DNA from: Bacteroidota bacterium
GTDB lineage: Bacteria; Bacteroidota; Bacteroidia; Bacteroidales; GCA-2748055
Assembly: GCA_002748055.1 (NCBI GenBank)
Contig: PDRI01000097.1
Span: 1 to 60,606, forward strand
Length of the DNA: 60,606 bases
Direction of reading: 5' to 3'
Shown in pieces: positions 36,087-44,779 of this stretch. Numbering within the stretch: the stretch's first letter is position 1; the number at the start of each line of letters is the position of its first letter. The position numbers and the translations under genes were made by a program. The notes beneath the pieces are model-generated. The model saw nothing but the letters and a program-made list of their open reading frames with translations. It had not been told where the DNA came from and did not search any database.

Positions 36087-37376
36087 CTATTCCCTTTCGT
36101 GATAACCCATTTCCGGAGCTTTGCCCAGATAGGGCATTCCAACATCAACGCCGGCATCAATCAGGTCACTGCCTTTGGTGAGCTTCATAAAATCGACGTC
36201 GGGCAGCGAACCATCGGGTTTCCTTGGCCGGGTCAGTTGCGAAACATCCAGACTTTGAAAATCCCTGTCGTCTATATCCAGATGCCCCATTGTCCAGCTA
36301 TTGTGCTCATCCCTGGCCCTACCATAGAAAACCGCCGAGCTGCTGTCTTTATAGGAAACATTGTTTCGATAGATATTGTCTTTCATGTCGCCAATGTAAA
36401 ACTTGAAGTTCTGAAATCCAACGCGATTCCCGTAGCTTCCACAATTATAAACATGCAGATTCATATTGTAATCGTGGTTATTGTTCTCATTGTAGCCGGC
36501 GAAGCGGTTCAGCACCGAAAGACAATTGGTCAGGGACCTGGAAAGTGGCGGAACGGACTTTAACCCGCCATACTTGAATCCATTCCCATCGCCCTGATAA
36601 AGCCCATTTGCAATTGCCCAGCAAGAATCAAAATAAACCATTCCCTGGCTGTTTGTATTAAAACCGTCATCGGAACAGTTCCAGGCCCTGCATCCACGAA
36701 CATAGTAGGTCGTATTCGCATGTTCAAGGTTATACAAACCAAAACCATCGGCCTTCCCCCCAGGCCGTGCCGTGGTCGGATTAAAGGGGTCGGCACAGTT
36801 ATAGGCATCACAGTTGATCAGGTGTATATCATCCCCTTGATAGACCTTGATCCCCACGCCTCCAATATCGTGCACGCTTATGTTCTCCAATACGATCCCC
36901 TTACAGCTGTGGACCGAGAAACCAACAGCCTCGATGGATGAATCAAACTGCCAAAGCCTTCTGATAACCAAGCCTCTGAAATGAAGATAGGACATTCCCT
37001 GCAACTCTATCCCGGTGTTAAAACGCTTCGGATGATGCTTATCCCCATCCAGAATGGGAACCTCACCCGGGTAGTTAAAAAAACAAATGGGATGCTCCGG
37101 TGTTCCATCCGAATTTCTAAGCTGAATAAGATAAATAGGCTTTTCAAGTGGATATACACCTCCCCTGAAATAGACGGTATCCCCGGGTTGAGCCGTCACA
37201 AAGGCCTTATGCCAGGTGGCCCAGGGCTCATCAAATGTACCGGGATTGCTGTCGTCTCCGTCCGGAGCCACATAGTAGTCGACAGAGGGTATGTCAATAT
37301 CCAGCCTGCCCCCCTCGCAGTCGAGCAAAGCTCCGGCCAGAACCAATAGCAGTAGCAGATAAGTCTTTGTCCTCAT
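36087..37376 (-). CDS. Right-handed parallel beta-helix (pectate-lyase-fold) lipoprotein
   Basis: Lipobox-like LLDC, then YYVAPDGDDSNPGTFDEPW..GDTVYFRGGVY, followed by repeated short G/N/D-rich coils. Confidence 0.65.
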   Translation of the reverse strand: MRTKTYLLLLLVLAGALLDCEGGRLDIDIPSVDYYVAPDGDDSNPGTFDEPWATWHKAFVTAQPGDTVYFRGGVYPLEKPIYLIQLRNSDGTPEHPICFFNYPGEVPILDGDKHHPKRFNTGIELQGMSYLHFRGLVIRRLWQFDSSIEAVGFSVHSCKGIVLENISVHDIGGVGIKVYQGDDIHLINCDAYNCADPFNPTTARPGGKADGFGLYNLEHANTTYYVRGCRAWNCSDDGFNTNSQGMVYFDSCWAIANGLYQGDGNGFKYGGLKSVPPLSRSLTNCLSVLNRFAGYNENNNHDYNMNLHVYNCGSYGNRVGFQNFKFYIGDMKDNIYRNNVSYKDSSSAVFYGRARDEHNSWTMGHLDIDDRDFQSLDVSQLTRPRKPDGSLPDVDFMKLTKGSDLIDAGVDVGMPYLGKAPEMGYHERE

Positions 37377-37411
37377 AACAGCAGTATAACGAAAAATCCG
37401 GCCATAAACTT

Positions 37412-37609
37412 CTACAAAGACCAGGTATTTGACAAAGAGGTTTCAGTCATCTTTGGCTTCCCCTGGCTGTCTTCTTTCAAATCACAGCTCAATACACCAT
37501 GGGGAACTACACCCAGTTTTCGACAGATCAGGTCCACGGCTTCCCGGCAGAAATTCAGCACCGGGTCCTCATTCAGGAAACGCCCCTGAGAAGTATTTCC
37601 TGTATTCAC
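37412..37609 (-). pseudogene. Internal fragment of an ATP-grasp gene paralogous to 32340-33413
   Basis: NTGNTSQGRFLNEDPV...PHGVLSCDLKEDSQGKPKMTE aligns with ITGNTSFGRLVNDEKV...RHGFFTVDLKEDAEGLAKVTE of ATP-grasp A at about 40% identity over 60 aa. It lacks both ends, and its 5' part overlaps the 3' end of the neighbouring gene in another frame. Confidence 0.6.
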
Positions 37610-38618
37610 GGAGGTGTCGCTCCAGTACTTCCTTTAAGCCCCGATCGACGGGTAATTGCCAAACGAGTTTACACCAATCATGATTTGCTTCGATCAGGCC
37701 GGGCCCATCGCTTGTTACTGCAACATCCCATCCCACAGATCTGCACTGAGGATAGAACAGCGCCGCTTTTTTCACCATCTCAAGCGTTTCCTTCCAGAAA
37801 GGGATGCGAAATCCCGGAATACGCACGCCGGTAATCGGGTGTTTTTCTACATTTGCTTTCGTAATATCACTATATACCCCTTCGCCGGAGATCACTCCAC
37901 TTTCTTCATCAACGGGCGCAGCAATATTCCCGGCAGCAAAGTTGTCTACCACAGAATCGACCGATATACGGAGGCGACATCCCAGAATCTCCACCTCATC
38001 TTGGCTGTTCAACTGCGTGAAAATCCGAATGGTATTAAGGCCGGAGGGCGACAGGGCCATTAGATCGGGATGCTGGGTAATACATTCTTCAACCAGGTCA
38101 TTCCCCGTTTCCTTCAAGCGGCCTAAGACATCTTCAACCCCCATACCATCGACCGGAAAAAGCTCAACGCCTATCCCACATTGCCCATTGTGCTTCTTGA
38201 GCACAAGCTTGCCACTTTTGTTACCCAGCATTTTTTTGGCCAGCTCCGGATTCTTTTCAAAGCTGTCAAGATCGGCATGATCATGCCTGACAAAGTCCCT
38301 GAACAACTCCAGAAACCTACGCTTATCCTCGAGTGCCTCTCTGTACTTCCTGGGATTCATAAGCAACTGGTATTCATACATATAACCGGTGCCCGCATAG
38401 CCTTTTCTTTCTTCCGGATCACGTTCGTAAAAACGGAAGTAGAAGTATTCCATCAATGAGATGTTGTAGCGGAAAACCGAGCAAACAATGTCCCTGAAAA
38501 GCTTCGGGCCTGGCCAATGCTTCTGCGCTCTGACGACCCTGAAGAAACGCCAAAAGGTAGCTCGGTCCAGTTTCCTGCAATAGTAGACCAGATAAAGAAA
38601 TCGTCTGAAACAATTCAT
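37569..38618 (-). CDS. Sugar-transfer-associated ATP-grasp (ATPgrasp_ST-like) ligase (B)
   Basis: KLVLKKHNGQCGIGVE, LVEECITQHPDL, and the VGWDVAVTSDGPGLIEANHDW (D...ExN) site. It lies immediately downstream of the initiating sugar transferase. Confidence 0.65.
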   Translation of the reverse strand: MNCFRRFLYLVYYCRKLDRATFWRFFRVVRAQKHWPGPKLFRDIVCSVFRYNISLMEYFYFRFYERDPEERKGYAGTGYMYEYQLLMNPRKYREALEDKRRFLELFRDFVRHDHADLDSFEKNPELAKKMLGNKSGKLVLKKHNGQCGIGVELFPVDGMGVEDVLGRLKETGNDLVEECITQHPDLMALSPSGLNTIRIFTQLNSQDEVEILGCRLRISVDSVVDNFAAGNIAAPVDEESGVISGEGVYSDITKANVEKHPITGVRIPGFRIPFWKETLEMVKKAALFYPQCRSVGWDVAVTSDGPGLIEANHDWCKLVWQLPVDRGLKEVLERHLREYRKYFSGAFPE

Positions 38619-38624
38619 AAGGCC

Positions 38625-39263
38625 TCAGTTCGTACCATCAAATGGCGGCATGGTCACCTGCTCGCTTGCATTCACCCCTTCCCGGGCAAGGGCTTTTTTC
38701 AAAGTCATTAACAGAATCTTCAGATCGAGTCCGAAGGAAAGGTTTTCAAGATAGTAGACATCGTACTCAAATTTTTGTTGCCACGAAATGGCATTCCTCC
38801 CGTTCACCTGTGCCCAACCCGTAATCCCCGGCCTGATATCGTGTCTGCGTCGTTGTGTTTCACTGTAAAGCGGAAGATATCTGAACAACAGGGGACGCGG
38901 TCCAATGAGGCTCAGGTCTCCTTTGATGACATTGATCAACTGGGGCAGTTCGTCGAGTGAGCTTCGTCTGAGAAAAGCCCCGAGTGGAGTGGTCCGCAGG
39001 TGATTGGGCAGAAGCTTGCCACCGGCATCCCTCTTTTCATTCATCGATCTGAACTTGAGAACCCGTATCGCCTTCTCATGCAAACCCGGTCTGAGCTGAG
39101 TAAAGAAAGGCTTCCCTTTAAAGGCAAAAAACAAAATCAATATCAGGAAAAGAAATATCGGAATAAGGATGATAAAGGCTGTCAGGGCTACAAAAAGGTC
39201 GAACAGCCTTTTCAGACACAGCGCATAAATCCCTTTCCTAGTTTTCACAACCATTCCCCTCAA
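38625..39263 (-). CDS. Small monotopic phosphoglycosyl transferase (PglC/WecA-unrelated Bac_transf family), initiating enzyme
   Basis: Motifs KRLFDLFVALTAFIILIP, PFFTQLRPG, LKFRSM, SLDELPQLINVIKGDLSLIGPRP and PGITGWAQVNGRN. Confidence 0.85.
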   Translation of the reverse strand: MRGMVVKTRKGIYALCLKRLFDLFVALTAFIILIPIFLFLILILFFAFKGKPFFTQLRPGLHEKAIRVLKFRSMNEKRDAGGKLLPNHLRTTPLGAFLRRSSLDELPQLINVIKGDLSLIGPRPLLFRYLPLYSETQRRRHDIRPGITGWAQVNGRNAISWQQKFEYDVYYLENLSFGLDLKILLMTLKKALAREGVNASEQVTMPPFDGTN

Positions 39264-40377
39264 TACAAGTCCCCAACTGGGATGAACTCAAGAACTCCAC
39301 ACCGGGCCAGCGTTGGACAACCTCCTTTAATAGTTTCCGGAGGGCTGACAGCCCCTCTTCCCGGTTGGCCGGATCGATATGGCCACAGAAATTTACCCGG
39401 TGAGAACTGATGATGGCCGGGCGGTTCAGGCGGAAAGCAGCATCCACCTGGGCAAGTGTACGTGAAACCCAATCAAATGGCGCCTTTTCGGTCGGTTCAA
39501 AAACAGCATTACGAACCAAATAAACCATCCCCAGTGCATTCTTTTTCCCCGTGTAATTCATTACCCTTTTGTAACGGCCATATCCCTGGTGTTCATGTTT
39601 GATAAAAGGGGTGTCGATATAGCGTATGCCGTGCTCATAGAGGGTTTGATGGATCATGGGGTGTTCTCTTCCCGCCGGCGGATTAAAGTGAACAGAAGGG
39701 CAGGCATAGACACGTTCGAAAGTGGCCAGGCCATCTTCGAGGATGGGTGCAAAGGCAACATTCTCCTTCAAATCCCAGAAATCGAAAGCTGCCGTATAGG
39801 AGATGGTTCTGTACCCGGTATCGGATATGCCTGTAAATGAACGGTTTTTAAGTGCCGTTAACAGATCCGGATCTCTCTTCTCAAGTTTTTCATTAAAGAC
39901 CTTCAGATTCAAATGCTCACGCCCGTGAAACTGAGGGGCCATAAAGCCCTCACGGATGCCCTCCTGCCAGATCTCCCAGGCCCCCTTGTAGGATTCCGGG
40001 TGCCGGGCTTCCAGTTTACGAAAAGTCACAGGGAGCTCCTCCTTCCTGAATTCCCTGTAGTCCTCACCGGCCATGGTTTCAAAATCTATATTGCAGGGCA
40101 AAGCCAGGGGCGTAAAAACAGCGTGCCTGCCTTTCAGATCGCGTACCGACGAAAGGACCTCATAAAGCTGCTCCAGATCCTGCCGGCTCTCCAATGCATC
40201 GTAGTCATCAAACCTTCCCGCATTCCGTAATCCGGCCTCTGCCATTTTACGTCTTGCTTCCTCAGAATCAATTCTGACATTTCCATAGTCGTCAACAAAA
40301 AAGGCCAGAATCTTTCGCTTTGTACGCCAACCGATTAAATTCTTCAGATAGGGTACCACTTTCGCCTTCAACGCCAT
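39238..40377 (-). CDS. Cytoplasmic deacetylase-like (NodB/CE4-like motif set) protein, paralogue B
   Basis: FFVDDYG (D-D), HGREH (HxxxH-type pair) and PAIISSHRVNF. About 35-40% identical to the 43652-44779 protein. No signal peptide. Confidence 0.4.
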   Translation of the reverse strand: MALKAKVVPYLKNLIGWRTKRKILAFFVDDYGNVRIDSEEARRKMAEAGLRNAGRFDDYDALESRQDLEQLYEVLSSVRDLKGRHAVFTPLALPCNIDFETMAGEDYREFRKEELPVTFRKLEARHPESYKGAWEIWQEGIREGFMAPQFHGREHLNLKVFNEKLEKRDPDLLTALKNRSFTGISDTGYRTISYTAAFDFWDLKENVAFAPILEDGLATFERVYACPSVHFNPPAGREHPMIHQTLYEHGIRYIDTPFIKHEHQGYGRYKRVMNYTGKKNALGMVYLVRNAVFEPTEKAPFDWVSRTLAQVDAAFRLNRPAIISSHRVNFCGHIDPANREEGLSALRKLLKEVVQRWPGVEFLSSSQLGTCIEGNGCEN

Positions 40378-40381
40378 AGCA

Positions 40382-41518
40382 TCATTTTATATAAGCCTCA
40401 ACAAAGCGGTCGGCATTTCCCCTTCGAAAGTTCTCCGCCGCCTGCTCTGCATTCCGGGAATAGCTCGACCATTTCTCCCTGTCGCGGGCAAGTTCCTGAA
40501 TGAATTGCGCAGCATCCTCAAGTTCAGCATCCCTGAAACACCTCCCATGCCCAAATCTCCTGGTATAATTCATCAATTCGGAATCTTCTGATGCCAGGTA
40601 CAAAGACGGGATTCCAAAACTCATCAGATTGTAGGACTTACTTGGAACACTGCCTTTTGAGGTGCTTTCATCAAGTACCACGACGCCCAGGTCGGCAGCC
40701 GACAGTGAGTAGGGAAACATCTCATCGGACTGAAAAGGAAGAAAGACACAATTCGGAAGCCCCTTCTCTTCCACCATAGCACGGAGGTAGGGGACCCTGG
40801 GTCCCCTCCCGATAATCTGAAAGAGAATGGATGTATGAGACCTGAGCAATTCGGCGAGCCTGACCACCACCTCTACTTTGTGGGTTAAACCAATGTTGCC
40901 CGAGTATTGCACGACAAATTTATCCTGAAGCCTGTGTGCTTCAACAAAGGGATTCTGGTCCCTGGCGATCCGGTTGTTTTCCTGAAATATCGACCAGATG
41001 GGTAAGACTACAATGTCCTCCTGCGATGTGTACTGGCCAAGCAGCTCCGCCATTTTTTCGCTGATCGTAAACAACCTGAAGGCCTTTTTGAAGGATTTTC
41101 GGTTCAGCCTCCTCCAGATTCTGTAAAGCGGATGGGTTTCACGCATCCCTGTGACCTTAAATACATCGGGATACACATCCCAGACAACCATGCTGCATCT
41201 ATTCGGAACCAGAAGATTGAGCAGGTAGGCCATAGGCGGCAGAGAAACAAACAAGACCTCATGTTTCCTGTACTTTGTACGAAGCAGCCGAACGATATGC
41301 CAACAGGCCAGTAGATAGGAAGTCAATTTCTTCCGGGCCGGGCGCTCCCTCCACTTATTGATGTACCGCACCTGAACTTCCGGATCGAGGGATTCGCCCT
41401 GCACATGTATACTCCCTGTAATCAGGCAGACCTCCCTGAACTGCAACTTAAAGGCATTGCAAAAACCTATGGTCAGATAATTGGCTGCCTGATTGACAAT
41501 GACAATCCTTTCCTTCAT
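40382..41518 (-). CDS. GT4 glycosyltransferase (WbuB/WcaI-like)
   Basis: Start at MKERIVIVNQAANY, overlapping the upstream stop as ATGA. The C-terminus is GT-B-like: VVLDESTSKGSVPSKSYNLMSFGIP. Confidence 0.7.
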   Translation of the reverse strand: MKERIVIVNQAANYLTIGFCNAFKLQFREVCLITGSIHVQGESLDPEVQVRYINKWRERPARKKLTSYLLACWHIVRLLRTKYRKHEVLFVSLPPMAYLLNLLVPNRCSMVVWDVYPDVFKVTGMRETHPLYRIWRRLNRKSFKKAFRLFTISEKMAELLGQYTSQEDIVVLPIWSIFQENNRIARDQNPFVEAHRLQDKFVVQYSGNIGLTHKVEVVVRLAELLRSHTSILFQIIGRGPRVPYLRAMVEEKGLPNCVFLPFQSDEMFPYSLSAADLGVVVLDESTSKGSVPSKSYNLMSFGIPSLYLASEDSELMNYTRRFGHGRCFRDAELEDAAQFIQELARDREKWSSYSRNAEQAAENFRRGNADRFVEAYIK

Positions 41519-42621
41519 CCCTGGCCTCCGGTAATAAAGGAATAGTACTGTTCGGCAATGGCTGCAGAACTGAATTGCGAAACCGAACTCGCGGCCAGGC
41601 AAGCCATTTCCTCCCTCAGCTTGTCGTCATTCATCAGCTGTCTCAGTCGTTCTGCAAACAGTTCATCATCAAATAGCGGGATCAAAAAGCCGTTTTCGCC
41701 ATCCCTTATCATCTCCGACGGTCCGGCCACACAATCATAGGCCACCACAGGGAGCCCTGCCGACAAGGCCTCGCCAATGACATTCGGAAAGCCCTCAGAA
41801 CTCGATGTAAAGGCAAAGACCTTACTGCGAAGGTAATAGTCCTCAGGGTGCTTACTATAGCCTGCAAACTCAATCCAATCTTCCGCATTCAGGAGCTTTA
41901 CCTGTTGCCGAAGTTCAGCCATCACACCCTGATTCTGTGCATCGTTCCCAACGATGACCAGTTTCCAGTCCCGATGCCTTACCCGCATAAAGAGATCGAT
42001 CAGGCGGTCGAGATGCTTGGTCCTTACCATCCGTGCCACCGTTAGTACGGTATTCTGTCTTTCGACAAACGCAGAGGGTTGATGCAGCTGAATCGGGTTG
42101 CCAATAACCCGGATATGGCTGTTCCGGCGGCTCTCTTCTGCCACCCTTCTGGCATAATTCGTCTGTGCAACCAGGCCTTTTGCCCGGGGATAGAGCATCT
42201 TTCTAAGCCATGACTGCCAGCTCCCCATCTTCCTGTTTGGACTCGATCTGTCTGAAACAAAGACAGGTACAGCTGTTCCTGCCAAAGACAGCAATACAAA
42301 GCTGTTCCAGTATTCCCCAAAGCTCAGTAATGCAGTGGGCCTTATGCGCCTGACGGTTTTCCGGATAAAAGCGGCTGTTCTGATTGTGTTCAACAATCGC
42401 CATTTGTTATCGAAAGGAAAACCGGGCTGATGGATATGAACAGACTCCGGAAGCTGGTAAAAGATCTCCCTCTCCCTTCCATAGAGGAGCATGTGCAGAT
42501 CGACTCCCTCTTTTGCAGAAAACTGCCAGGCCAGCTGAGCCATTACCTTCTCCATTCCTCCGGGAATCAGCCCGTGAATTGCCAGGCATATTCGATGGCT
42601 ATATCCCTTTGGCCCGCTCAT
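41515..42621 (-). CDS. GT4 glycosyltransferase
   Basis: LIPGGMEKV N-terminus and the FTSSSEGFPNVIGEALSAGLPVVAYD...ENGFL EX7E motif. Confidence 0.8.
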   Translation of the reverse strand: MSGPKGYSHRICLAIHGLIPGGMEKVMAQLAWQFSAKEGVDLHMLLYGREREIFYQLPESVHIHQPGFPFDNKWRLLNTIRTAAFIRKTVRRIRPTALLSFGEYWNSFVLLSLAGTAVPVFVSDRSSPNRKMGSWQSWLRKMLYPRAKGLVAQTNYARRVAEESRRNSHIRVIGNPIQLHQPSAFVERQNTVLTVARMVRTKHLDRLIDLFMRVRHRDWKLVIVGNDAQNQGVMAELRQQVKLLNAEDWIEFAGYSKHPEDYYLRSKVFAFTSSSEGFPNVIGEALSAGLPVVAYDCVAGPSEMIRDGENGFLIPLFDDELFAERLRQLMNDDKLREEMACLAASSVSQFSSAAIAEQYYSFITGGQG

Positions 42622-43637
42622 GAATCCTGCTCCATCATCAAGTCCACCATCCAGGAGGTGGCATCTATTTTAGCTTCGTGCCATTGCAGAGATCTGTCCC
42701 AATAACCCTGACAAACGTCCGGGCCTCCCTGGGTGTAGCCAAAACCATAACTGAGCTCAAGCACCCTTGGCTTTCCATCCATATGGATGATATCGAAGCT
42801 CATCACCTGGGCCTTTATTTTATCGGCCAACGCGAAGCTCAGGCGAATAGTCGCCTCATCAATGAGCTCCTTATCAGCCAGGCGATAGCCGCTTCCGGAA
42901 GCCCTGAAATCATTTTCTCTTACCAACCTTTTAACGCCAAAGGCTTTTCCGGAAATCACATACATCCGGATATCATAGCCGCTCCCCGCAACAAATTCCT
43001 GAAAATAAACATAGCCCTTTTCCCGCCCCATCATACGGGCATAAGCAGGGGGGAGCGCAATTCTGGCTATTCCCTTGAGCACCTCAAAGAATCCGGCCAT
43101 TCCCAGCCTGTACTTGCGCCATCTTTCCTTCACACTTCCATAGGGATCATAGATCCTGATTCCCCTGCCAAAAGACTTACGCACCAGTTTTTCAGCGCTG
43201 GCTCTGTTGGGGACAAGGCGTACATTTCCTGCACTTGAGCCGCAGCGAAGCTTGAAAACCTTGGGGAAAGCTGCCTGCCTTACCCAGCGAAGGGCTTCTG
43301 CTTTGTCATAGAAAACCCAGGTGGGAATCGCCGGTGCCCCAATGGCTTCCAGCAGGTACTTTTGTCCAAGCTTGTCATCAAAGTGCCAGACCGTATCAAA
43401 ATCGGGAAACACCTTCATCCCGCGTGCCTTAGCTGCATAGAGGACCTGTTTGGCCAAGAGGAAATCACGCGTACTAATGTGGGAGAAGTGCCACATCAGC
43501 ACATCACAACCTTCCAGTTGCTGCATGATATCGCTGGCATAGCAATTGACTTCTTTCCAGTCGATTGACTGATCCTGACAGTACTGTATCCAACGTTCAC
43601 TGTAGGATCCTTTTCTTTTGTGAATAGCTATTCTCAT
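42618..43637 (-). CDS. ATP-grasp ligase (C), RimK-like
   Basis: FPKVFKLRCGSSAGNVRLV, YVYFQEFVAGSGYDIRMYVISG and MSFDIIHMDGKPRVLELSYGF. Confidence 0.65.
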   Translation of the reverse strand: MRIAIHKRKGSYSERWIQYCQDQSIDWKEVNCYASDIMQQLEGCDVLMWHFSHISTRDFLLAKQVLYAAKARGMKVFPDFDTVWHFDDKLGQKYLLEAIGAPAIPTWVFYDKAEALRWVRQAAFPKVFKLRCGSSAGNVRLVPNRASAEKLVRKSFGRGIRIYDPYGSVKERWRKYRLGMAGFFEVLKGIARIALPPAYARMMGREKGYVYFQEFVAGSGYDIRMYVISGKAFGVKRLVRENDFRASGSGYRLADKELIDEATIRLSFALADKIKAQVMSFDIIHMDGKPRVLELSYGFGYTQGGPDVCQGYWDRSLQWHEAKIDATSWMVDLMMEQDS

Positions 43638-43651
43638 TCTTCAGGTATAAC

Positions 43652-44779
43652 TTAAATCTGGTCTTTCCCGGCGACTAACCGGCCAAGCGCTTCGGAATGC
43701 ATAAATTCCACCTCCGGCCACAAGGCCAGAATCTGCCCGATCAGGGAATGCAAAAGCCTTAGGTTTCGCTCCCTGTTTTCGGGAACAAGCCGTCCAATAT
43801 AATTCAGTCTGTGGGTACTAATAATGGCTGGCTTATGAACCAGAAAGGCCTGGTTGATTTCCTTCAGGCAGCCACGGACCCAATCCTTCTGCTGCGACTG
43901 GCTGGGCTCAAAAAGCACGTTCCGTACAAGATTGTATTGACCGGCATTCGTTCGTGTACCCAGGATGCGCCATTTCTTGTCAAAGTCTCTGCTCTCCTCC
44001 CTGGGGACAAGGCCCCTGCGTGTTCCCTGCATAAAGAGAACTCCGGCCCTGAAAAGATCCGGTTCTATGCCTGGATGCCAGATGTAATTTGAGGCAATAA
44101 AAGAGCGTGCTCTATATCCAAAGACCTTTTCGAACAAGCCCAGGCCATCGGACAAAATATGAATCAATGCGGGAAGTTCGTCCAGTTTTTCCAGGTCACA
44201 GGAGGCCAGAAAATGCCGCCTTCTTGCTCCCGGATAAGTGCAGGAATGCCCCCAGAAACCGTGGCGAAATGCAAGACGGGCTTCCTCATCCCCTTCCCGG
44301 AGCGCCTTCATCCAAAGCCTGATGTTCACATGCTCGCGGCCGTGGTATTGAGGGTAAAAAAGGCCTCGTTCCATCCCCTCTAACCATAAATCGAAAGAAG
44401 AAGCACATCCCCCGGCCTTCTTTAATGATTCGGTAAATACTTCATAGTGATATGCTTCAAACTTCCCCTCTTCGATCCTTGCGAAGTCGGGATTGGCCAT
44501 CAGGCTGTTTGCTGTGAAAACGGGGCGATTGCCATTTCGATCCCTGAAGGAATCCAGCACCTGATACAGGGCACTCAGGTCATCGGGGGTCGCCAGATGA
44601 TCGAACTGATTGTACTTGCTTTGAAGTCGAAGACCGGCAGCTTCCATCGCTCTGCGGGCCTGCAATGAGGGCATCCGGATACTCCCCCAGTCATCGCTCT
44701 CAAAAACAACAATCTTCCTCCTGCTGCGCCATCCCGGCAGGTTCAACAGATTTCTCAGAAGAGTGTCCTTTATCGCCAT
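43652..44779 (-). CDS. Cytoplasmic deacetylase-like protein, paralogue A
   Basis: Motifs FESDDWG, HGREHVN, PAIISTHRLNY and WPEVEF. It is a paralogue of the 39238-40377 protein. Confidence 0.4.
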   Translation of the reverse strand: MAIKDTLLRNLLNLPGWRSRRKIVVFESDDWGSIRMPSLQARRAMEAAGLRLQSKYNQFDHLATPDDLSALYQVLDSFRDRNGNRPVFTANSLMANPDFARIEEGKFEAYHYEVFTESLKKAGGCASSFDLWLEGMERGLFYPQYHGREHVNIRLWMKALREGDEEARLAFRHGFWGHSCTYPGARRRHFLASCDLEKLDELPALIHILSDGLGLFEKVFGYRARSFIASNYIWHPGIEPDLFRAGVLFMQGTRRGLVPREESRDFDKKWRILGTRTNAGQYNLVRNVLFEPSQSQQKDWVRGCLKEINQAFLVHKPAIISTHRLNYIGRLVPENRERNLRLLHSLIGQILALWPEVEFMHSEALGRLVAGKDQI

